Of a DNA stretch of 64,000 nt, positions 45,362 through 52,647 are shown piece by piece. Source of the stretch: Polaromonas sp. (lineage in GTDB: Bacteria > Pseudomonadota > Gammaproteobacteria > Burkholderiales > Burkholderiaceae_C); NCBI GenBank assembly GCA_013297865.1, contig JAAFIP010000015.1, forward strand, positions 31,359 through 95,358. Reading direction: 5' to 3'. Below the pieces are notes generated by a model. That model worked only from the letters and a program-made list of their open reading frames with translations. It did no database searches and was not told the DNA's origin. Within the stretch, counting starts at the first letter, position 1, and each line of letters begins with the position of its first letter. The position numbers and the translations under genes are program-made.

Positions 45362-45554
45362 GGGGCCTTGAATGCTATTTATGCGTGAAATGTCACAATA
45401 TAGATACTTTAGAACTAACTTTCAGAGCCAATTTTGTGTCACACGCCATCTGCACTGACAATTATGTTACTTGTGCGGACAAAATACGTAACAAAATTCG
45501 TGAAATGTGACCAGATGATGGTTTCCGTCTTGGCACGCAGCCGCTGGCCCGACG

Positions 45555-47987
45555 TTACTTCAGGCACACCGCTCGCACCTGTTTAAGGTCGGTCAGGCCC
45601 ATCAGAATCTTTTCCATGCCGTCCATCTTGAGGGTGCGCATGCCTTGGGCTACGGCCAGAGTGAATAGTTCGGCCACGCGGGCGCTCTCCTGGATGAGTT
45701 TTTTGATGGCGTCGTCGGCCACCAGCAGCTCGTGCAGGCCCACGCGACCTTTGTAGCCGGTGTGCTTACATTTGTCGCAGCCGCCCTGGCTGTTGACGCG
45801 GTAGAGCTTGAGGCTGCCGTCTTTGCCGTAGGCTTCGCTCCAGTGGTCCAGCAGGAGCTGCTGTTCGCCCCCGGGGTCGGCCTGCCAGGCAGCGGTGTGG
45901 CGCAGCTCGTCGGCATATTCGGTGATAAAGCTCTTGAGCTCGGTCGAAGTGGGCGTGTACTCTTCTTTGCAGTCGCACAGGCGCTTGGCCAGGCGTTGCG
46001 CCAGGATGCCCAGCAGCGCATCGGCAAAGTTGAACGGGTCCATGCCCATGTCCAGCAGCCGGGTGATGGACTCGGGCGCGCTGTTGGTGTGCAAGGTGCT
46101 GAACACCAGGTGGCCGGTGAGCGAGGCTTCCACACCCATGCTCACGGTTTCCTTGTCGCGGCTCTCGCCCACCATGATGATGTCGGGGTCGGCGCGCAGA
46201 AAGGCGCGCATGATCAGGGCAAAGTCAATACCGGCTTTTTTGTTGACCTGGACCTGACGCAGGCCCTTTTGGGTGATCTCCACCGGGTCTTCGGCCGTCC
46301 AGATCTTGGTGTCGGGCGTGTTGAGAAACTTGAGGATGCTATGCAATGTGGTGGTTTTGCCCGAACCGGTAGGGCCGCACACATAAAACAGGCCGTAGGG
46401 TTTGCTGACGGTTTTTTCCACACGCTCACGGTTGTGGGTGGTGAGGCCCAGTTTTTCCAGCGGGATAGGCTCGCCTGCGGCCAAAATGCGCATGACCACG
46501 TCTTCCACGCCGCCTGCGCTGGGGATGGTGGCCACGCGCAGCTCGATGTCCAGCGGGCCGTATTTTTTGAACTTGATCTTGCCGTCCTGCGGCTTGCGCC
46601 GCTCGGAGATGTCCAGGTCGCACATGATTTTCAGGCGAGTGACCATGGCCTGGCGAAAATGCGAAGGCACCTCGATATACGGTGCCAGCGTGCCGTCAAC
46701 GCGAAAGCGGATGCCGGTTTTGGCCTTGCCGGGCATGGGCTCGATGTGGATGTCCGAGGCCTTCTGGTGGTAGGCGTCCACAATGACCTTGTTGACAAAC
46801 TTTACCAGCTCGTTGTCGGCCGCGGCTGACTCGAGAGCCGAATCGTCAAAGCCAGAGTCGTCCAGCGGCGCGTTCATGTCGGCCAGTAGCTGGTCGATAG
46901 AGCCGCTGTCGTTGCCTGCGCCAAACAGCTGGCCCAGGGTTTCTTCAAACTCCGCATGGGTGGTGACGCGGTAGCTGACTTTGGACAGGCGCGGGAACAG
47001 CTGCTGCACCATGCGCGCGCCGCGCGTGGCCTCAGGGTCCAGGCACATCACCACCAGGCCTTCGGAGGTTTCTTCCAGCGGGATCCAGCCTTGCTGGTGG
47101 ATGAAGTCCACCTTCAGCGCAGCGTGCAGCATCTCCGAGCGGATGCGCCCGTTGCTAAATGGCTCATACGGCACACCAAAAAACTGCGCAAGCGACGGGC
47201 CGATCTGCGCGGGCTTGATGTGGTGGTCGGCCATCAGCATATGCTCCACCGACTGGCCCTGCTCGCGAGCCTTGCGCACACACTGCGCCAGCGCTTCGGC
47301 AGACAGCATCTCCTGGCTCACCAGCAAATCGTATTTGGTGGCTTTGCGCCGCTGGCTGTCTTCGGCGCGCTGCGCGCGCTGGCGGATGGCGGTGGCCAGG
47401 GTTTTGCACAGCTGGGTGGCGCCTTCAATCTCCAGCATACCAAATGGCGCATTGCTTTTGTTGTTGATCACCTGCAGCACACCATGCAGCTGCTGGCCGT
47501 CCACAATCGGCACCACCAGCATCTGCTTGGTGCGGTAGCCCGAGCGCTTGTCCACCTCTTTGAGAAAACTCAGCTGGGGATGGATGCGCTTGAGGCTCTC
47601 GTCGTCATACACATCGGCAATATTGACCATATCGCGCGACATGGCGGCATAGCCCGCAATGCTCTGCACGCCAATGGGCAGCTTGAGGTCTTTGGCCACC
47701 TGCAGGCCGGTTTTGACCTTGGAGATGATCGAGCTTTTGTCTTCGCTTACAGCGTACAGCGTGAGCCGGTCTGCATTGAGCAGCTTGCAGATGTCCTGGC
47801 TGGACTCCAGCATCAGCTGGTCAATGTTCTCGGTGTCGTGGATGCGGGTGGTGACCTGCTGTAGCTGGCGGTAAAACAGTACCTCAAAGGTGACGCCGCG
47901 TTTTTCAGGGGGCAGCAGCTGGGAGTTGAAAAACGCCTGTTCAGCGCTGGCATGCGCATGGCTCGACGGCGAAAACCCGGAGCTCAT
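45555..47987 (-). CDS. GAF domain-fused PilB/GspE-family (T2SSE) hexameric ATPase
   Basis: - 810 aa in total.
- N-terminal GAF-like region (about aa 40-200).
- T2SSE_N-like region (about aa 220-360).
- ATPase core: Walker A 'GPTGSGKTT', Asp box 'TAEDPVEI', Walker B 'DIIMVGESRD', His box 'GHLVFSTLHTN'.
- Zinc motif 'CDC...CDKC'. Confidence 0.9.
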   Translation of the reverse strand: MSSGFSPSSHAHASAEQAFFNSQLLPPEKRGVTFEVLFYRQLQQVTTRIHDTENIDQLMLESSQDICKLLNADRLTLYAVSEDKSSIISKVKTGLQVAKDLKLPIGVQSIAGYAAMSRDMVNIADVYDDESLKRIHPQLSFLKEVDKRSGYRTKQMLVVPIVDGQQLHGVLQVINNKSNAPFGMLEIEGATQLCKTLATAIRQRAQRAEDSQRRKATKYDLLVSQEMLSAEALAQCVRKAREQGQSVEHMLMADHHIKPAQIGPSLAQFFGVPYEPFSNGRIRSEMLHAALKVDFIHQQGWIPLEETSEGLVVMCLDPEATRGARMVQQLFPRLSKVSYRVTTHAEFEETLGQLFGAGNDSGSIDQLLADMNAPLDDSGFDDSALESAAADNELVKFVNKVIVDAYHQKASDIHIEPMPGKAKTGIRFRVDGTLAPYIEVPSHFRQAMVTRLKIMCDLDISERRKPQDGKIKFKKYGPLDIELRVATIPSAGGVEDVVMRILAAGEPIPLEKLGLTTHNRERVEKTVSKPYGLFYVCGPTGSGKTTTLHSILKFLNTPDTKIWTAEDPVEITQKGLRQVQVNKKAGIDFALIMRAFLRADPDIIMVGESRDKETVSMGVEASLTGHLVFSTLHTNSAPESITRLLDMGMDPFNFADALLGILAQRLAKRLCDCKEEYTPTSTELKSFITEYADELRHTAAWQADPGGEQQLLLDHWSEAYGKDGSLKLYRVNSQGGCDKCKHTGYKGRVGLHELLVADDAIKKLIQESARVAELFTLAVAQGMRTLKMDGMEKILMGLTDLKQVRAVCLK

Positions 47988-48775
47988 AGGTCAAATACTT
48001 GCCCCGCCCGCAGCCAGCGGATGTCATGGCTCACATGGGGGCCAGAGGGATGGGTCTGGTCAAAGCGTTGCACCTCTTCCATGATCAGGTCGGTCTCAGC
48101 TGGCTTGGTATGGGTGATGTAAATCGGAAAGTGCTTGTCCTGGGCGATCTGGTCCAGCTCGTCTGCCAGTGCGGTGGGCGAGAGGTGCAGGCTGCGTTTG
48201 GCCAGCTCCTGCTCACGGTTGCTGAAAGCGGTTTCTATCACTAGCATCGCCACGTTCATGGAGTTCAGACGCTGCCAGAAGGCGGCGTTGCGCTCGGTAT
48301 CGCCAGTAAACACCCAGCTGCTTCGGCCTGCATGCACCGCGTAGCCCACCGCAGGCACGGTGTGCACTGCTGGCATCACCTCGACGGTTTTGCCTGCGAT
48401 TTGCAGGATTTGGCCGGTATGGATCGGGTGAAAACTCAAAAACGGCGCTTCGGCCGACGGAATTTGGCTGAAGTCGGGCCAGATGGCGTTATTGAAAATA
48501 TGCTGGCGCAGGGCGGCAATCGTCTCGGGCAGGGCATGCACGCGCAAAGGCGCGCTGCGCTGGGCTGCGACCGAGTCGATCATCAGCGGCAACGAGGCGA
48601 TATGGTCCAGATGCGAATGGGTCAGCAGCACATCGTTGATCTGGCACATCTCATCCAGACGGAGGTCGCCCACGCCCGTGCCTGCGTCCACCAGCAGGTC
48701 GGCATCAATCAGGAAGGAGGTGGTACGGCAGTCCTTGGCAATCGCGCCAGAGCATCCTAAAACCCGTACTTTCAT
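47984..48775 (-). CDS. class II 3',5'-cyclic-nucleotide phosphodiesterase (MBL fold)
   Basis: 'MKVRVLGCSG' and 'LLTHSHLDHIASLPL' match the start of the class II PDE signature H-x-H-L-D-H-[LIVM]-x-[GS]. The stop overlaps the ATPase start (ATGA). The start is at 48775, or possibly 48802. Confidence 0.8.
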   Translation of the reverse strand: MKVRVLGCSGAIAKDCRTTSFLIDADLLVDAGTGVGDLRLDEMCQINDVLLTHSHLDHIASLPLMIDSVAAQRSAPLRVHALPETIAALRQHIFNNAIWPDFSQIPSAEAPFLSFHPIHTGQILQIAGKTVEVMPAVHTVPAVGYAVHAGRSSWVFTGDTERNAAFWQRLNSMNVAMLVIETAFSNREQELAKRSLHLSPTALADELDQIAQDKHFPIYITHTKPAETDLIMEEVQRFDQTHPSGPHVSHDIRWLRAGQVFDL

Positions 48776-48812
48776 TGTGCAAAATTCCCCAAAGACATAC
48801 ATCGCCTATGCA

Positions 48813-51062
48813 TTATTTAGTATCAAAATTGGTTGCGCCGTCCCACGCGGGATCAATAGGCAACATACGCATAGAGGCTACACGCTCTGAGTACAGTTGG
48901 TAAAGGTATTTTTTGGCATTTACGCGCTGCAAATTAAGTATTTGTACATCGCATTGCTCCCAGTCCTGGTTTCTGTAGGCCTTAAGTAAGCCATTCCAGA
49001 TTTTCAGCTCGTCGGCCTGATCTTTGCCCAGATGGTCAGCGCTGGCCACGGGCATGAAGATGGAAACGGCCTGTTCCTTGCCCTTGACGCGCACTTTGTC
49101 CAGCTCCTGCCAGGCAAAATCAGGCGCCAGCCTGCGGGTGGACTCACTCACCACAATCTCCACGCCATAGTTTTTGGACAGTCCTTCCAGCCGCGAGCCC
49201 AGGTTGACGGCGTCGCCAATGACGGTATAGCTTTTGCGGATCGACGAGCCCATGTCGCCTACGCACATATTGCCCGTGTTCAGGCCAATGCCGATGCCGA
49301 TGGCGGGCAAGCCCTTGGCCTCGTGCTCGGCATTGAGGGTGCGCACGGCCTGCGCCATCTCGATGGCGGTTTTTACCGCCAGCGAGGCGTGCTGTGGCGA
49401 GTCCACTGGCGCGCCCCAAAACGCCATCACGCAGTCGCCCATGTATTTGTCGATGGTGCCCCGATTGGCGCGGATCAGGTCGGTCAGGCGGCTGAAGACA
49501 GTGTTCAGCAGGGCCTGCAGCTGGGTGGGCTCCATGTTCTCAGACAGCTTGGTAAAGCCGCGCATGTCACAGAACATGACGGTCAGCTCCTTGCTGGCGG
49601 CCTTCATGTTGTAACTGTCGGGGTCTTTGACCATTTCATCGACCAGCTCGGGCGGCACATAGGTGCCAAACAGGTTGGCGATCTGGCGCTTGGATTTGCT
49701 CTCGACAAAATAGCCGTAACTCATGTTGAGCGCAAAGGCCGTCAGCGACATGATCAACGCCGCAGCCAGGGGCAACACCAGACCATAGCCCAGGTACATC
49801 CAGAAATTCAGGCCCACTACTGCGCCGATTACCAGCAAGCTCAGCGCGACAGCCTTGGGCGCAGACAGCATCGGCAGCGCAATGGCCAGAATCAGGCCGG
49901 CGAGCACCAGCACCACCACCTCAAAACCAATGGCGTAATCAGGCCGCACAGGCACACGGCCATCAAGCAGGCCAGAGATCATGTTGGCATGCACCTCTAC
50001 CCCCGGGTAGGTCTCGCCCACGGGGGTGACGCGCAGGTCCAGCAGGCCGGGGGCTGTGGTGCCCAGCAGCACGATCCGGTCTTTGAGCGCACCCGCAGGC
50101 ACCCGCTGCATCACCACATCCGAGGCAGAGTAGTATTTGAAGGAGCCGCCAGTCGTGTTGCCCGGGCCCCGAAACGGGATCAAAGCGGAGACTTTGTCAT
50201 CCACCGGAATGGCCAGGCTCTTGCCGTCCTGGCGCAGCAAAATGCTCTCCAGTCCCTGGTAATTGCGTGCCAGAAAGCGCTCTTGTGGAAAGCCCGGCTC
50301 GATTTTGGGCAAACCGGTGAGCATGCGGAAAATGCCCAGCGACAGAGATTCGTAATACTGCCCCTTGTGCTCCGCCACCAGCGGGATGGATCGCACCACA
50401 CCGTCGAGGTCAGTAATGGAGTTGAAAAACCCGGCCATGGGCGCTGCTTTGGCCAGGGACTCAATATTGGAGCCAAAGCCCGACCAACTGGTGAATTTGA
50501 TGGGCTTGCCTTGCAATGCGTCACGCTGCATCACGGGGGCAGGCAGCGCGCCGCTGGTGCGGCCATCGCGGTCACTGGTGAAGTAGTAGCCCATCACTAC
50601 GGCGCGTTTATCTAGAGACTTGGCAAATGCGGCGTCGTAGTCCAGGCTGTTTTCAATCTGTCCCAGACGCTCGGCAAACCCGGCCTGGTCCTTGAGCTCG
50701 TTGCTGGCCAGCTGGCGCAGGCGCTTGAGACCCGAGCTCTCGTCGGCTTCCGCAAACACCACGTCAAAACCCAAAATGGCGATTTTCTGGCGCTCGAACA
50801 GCTCATCCACCAGGGTGGCCATTTTGTTGCGGCCCCAGGGCCAGCGGCCGACTTCGGCCAGGCTTTTCTCGTCAATGTCGATGATCGCAATGCGCTCATC
50901 CAGGGTCTTGGGCATGGTCGCGCTCAGGCGCGAGTCGTAGATGATGTCATCCAGACGCTGGAAGACATTGATGGGCAACATGCCGCTGGCGTGCAGCAAG
51001 GCAATGACTAGGGGGATAAGTGTGACGGCGATGCGGCGCCAATGTTTCAGCAGCACCTGCAT
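48813..51062 (-). CDS. CHASE2 sensor-linked class III adenylate/guanylate cyclase
   Basis: N-terminal CHASE2 region ('IAIIDIDEKSLAEVGRWPWGR'), then 3-4 TM helices, then the cyclase domain 'VMFCDMRGFT...DKYMGDCVMAFWGAP...GDAVNLGSRLE' with both metal Asp residues and the Asn/Arg pair present. Confidence 0.9.
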   Translation of the reverse strand: MQVLLKHWRRIAVTLIPLVIALLHASGMLPINVFQRLDDIIYDSRLSATMPKTLDERIAIIDIDEKSLAEVGRWPWGRNKMATLVDELFERQKIAILGFDVVFAEADESSGLKRLRQLASNELKDQAGFAERLGQIENSLDYDAAFAKSLDKRAVVMGYYFTSDRDGRTSGALPAPVMQRDALQGKPIKFTSWSGFGSNIESLAKAAPMAGFFNSITDLDGVVRSIPLVAEHKGQYYESLSLGIFRMLTGLPKIEPGFPQERFLARNYQGLESILLRQDGKSLAIPVDDKVSALIPFRGPGNTTGGSFKYYSASDVVMQRVPAGALKDRIVLLGTTAPGLLDLRVTPVGETYPGVEVHANMISGLLDGRVPVRPDYAIGFEVVVLVLAGLILAIALPMLSAPKAVALSLLVIGAVVGLNFWMYLGYGLVLPLAAALIMSLTAFALNMSYGYFVESKSKRQIANLFGTYVPPELVDEMVKDPDSYNMKAASKELTVMFCDMRGFTKLSENMEPTQLQALLNTVFSRLTDLIRANRGTIDKYMGDCVMAFWGAPVDSPQHASLAVKTAIEMAQAVRTLNAEHEAKGLPAIGIGIGLNTGNMCVGDMGSSIRKSYTVIGDAVNLGSRLEGLSKNYGVEIVVSESTRRLAPDFAWQELDKVRVKGKEQAVSIFMPVASADHLGKDQADELKIWNGLLKAYRNQDWEQCDVQILNLQRVNAKKYLYQLYSERVASMRMLPIDPAWDGATNFDTK

Positions 51063-51156
51063 ACCGTCTCCTATGGTGCAATGGGGTCGTGATGGGGCTC
51101 AGGCAGACAGGTCAATCCAGCGGCCTTGGCATCAAGGCGACGCAGAGGGGCCCGCC

Positions 51157-51798
51157 TCAGCCTTGGACAAACTGCATCTGAGTGCCAGCAAGCTCGAGAA
51201 CATCCATGTCTTTAAGTGTGACAGGCTCCGCGCCAATAGGCGCACCGTTGAGCGTGGGCTTGTTGGAGCCTTCCACATGGGCCACCACAAAGCCATGGGG
51301 GCGCTTGGTAATGGCAGCAACGGCCACACCGGGCTTGCCAATCGTAGTGACTACCTTGACCAGAGGCACTTCGCGGCCGGCAGCGGCACCTGAGAGCACC
51401 TTGATGGCCGCATTGACCGAAGGCGCAGCAGCAGCACTGGCCGCAGGCGGCATGGCGACACCGGCAGAACCGGGTTTGACGACCATCGTCTGCTCAAAAC
51501 TCGCATTGGCCGCTTCGTTGACAAATTTGATCTTATATTTGCCGATTTCAACAGTATCGTTGTTTGCCAACAACTGTTTTTTGGCAGCTTTGCCGTTGAC
51601 ATAGGTGCCATTGGTGCTGTTGAGGTCTTCCAGGTACACCTCATTGCCCGTCATCTGCATGACGGCGTGCTCGCCACTGACGGCCAGATTGTCGATGACA
51701 ATGTCGTTGTAAGGACGCCGTCCCAGGGTGGTACGGTCCTTCGTTAGCTGGACTTCCTTGATGACGACACCGTCGATCGATACGATCATTTTCGGCAT
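51157..51798 (-). CDS. FHA domain protein (N-terminal FHA plus second beta-rich domain)
   Basis: 'TTLGRRPYNDIVIDNLAVSGEHAVM...LNSTNGTYVNG' carries the FHA signature residues G-R, S-x-x-H and N-G; 213 aa. Confidence 0.85.
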   Translation of the reverse strand: MPKMIVSIDGVVIKEVQLTKDRTTLGRRPYNDIVIDNLAVSGEHAVMQMTGNEVYLEDLNSTNGTYVNGKAAKKQLLANNDTVEIGKYKIKFVNEAANASFEQTMVVKPGSAGVAMPPAASAAAAPSVNAAIKVLSGAAAGREVPLVKVVTTIGKPGVAVAAITKRPHGFVVAHVEGSNKPTLNGAPIGAEPVTLKDMDVLELAGTQMQFVQG

Positions 51799-51832
51799 GG
51801 CCGACTCCTGTTGATATAGCTATACATTTATT

Positions 51833-52618
51833 CTACTTTCTCAGTAAGCGCGACATCAAGCCACGCTTGTTTGAGCCTTCTTTGGCCTGCATCAGCAGCA
51901 CCGTAATATTATCCCTGCCACCAGCCTCATTGGCCGCTGCAATCAAGGTATTGCACTTTTGCTCCAGCGTCTCATCGTTACGCAAGATCTGTGCAATGCC
52001 GTCGTCGTCCACCATGTCAGACAGGCCATCAGAACACATCAAGTACAGATCGCCAACCTCCACGCGGTGCTCATTGACTTCCAGCAACACCGTGTCTTCC
52101 ACGCCCAGTGCGCGGGTGACCAGGTTTTTGTTCAGCGATGTAGCAGCCTGCTCAGGAGTGATTAAGCCTGCATCAAGCTGTTCCTGCAAGAGCGAATGGT
52201 CCCTGGTGATCTGGCTGAACTCCTCGCCACGCAGGCGATAGCAGCGCGAATCGCCAATATGGCCGAGCATCAGGCGTGCTTCGTGGCACACCCCCACCAC
52301 CAGCGTGGTGCCCATGCCGGCGTACTGCGGATTGGAGTTGGCAGCATTGAAGATCGAACGATTGGCGTTGTCCACGCAGATTTCCAGCGCGCGGCGCACT
52401 TCGCGGGCATTGGCGGTTTTGCCCACCTGCGACAGCCAGCGGCTGAGTTCGGAGCGGATAAACGCGGTGGCCATGCCACTGGCGACTTCGCCAGCGTTAT
52501 AGCCGCCCATGCCATCGGCTAGGACGGCCAGCTGGGTGGGTGCATCAAAAGTGACCGAATCCTCGTTGTTGTCTCGCGCGAGTCCGGGGTCGGTATGGGT
52601 ACAAAATTGGTAAATCAT
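51833..52618 (-). CDS. PP2C-family Ser/Thr protein phosphatase
   Basis: 'RDNNEDS', 'LADGMGG', 'CSDGLSD' and 'GGRDNITVLL' are PPM motifs; 261 aa. Confidence 0.9.
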   Translation of the reverse strand: MIYQFCTHTDPGLARDNNEDSVTFDAPTQLAVLADGMGGYNAGEVASGMATAFIRSELSRWLSQVGKTANAREVRRALEICVDNANRSIFNAANSNPQYAGMGTTLVVGVCHEARLMLGHIGDSRCYRLRGEEFSQITRDHSLLQEQLDAGLITPEQAATSLNKNLVTRALGVEDTVLLEVNEHRVEVGDLYLMCSDGLSDMVDDDGIAQILRNDETLEQKCNTLIAAANEAGGRDNITVLLMQAKEGSNKRGLMSRLLRK

Positions 52619-52647
52619 GGTATAGCCGGGGCCTACTATAACGAGTT

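Noticed and set aside
45531-45546. TGGCAC-N5-CGCTG on the plus strand
   Set aside because: - The -12 element does not match TTGC.
- It points into the 3' end of the convergently read ATPase gene, with no plus-strand gene to serve.
49032-50615. 527-aa plus-strand ORF. The 360-aa ORF at 54286-55368 and the 365-aa ORF at 45732-46829 are of the same kind.
   Set aside because: - They are antisense to the cyclase, kinase and ATPase genes, which have clear catalytic motifs.
- They are His/Arg/Gly/Gln-rich shadow ORFs.
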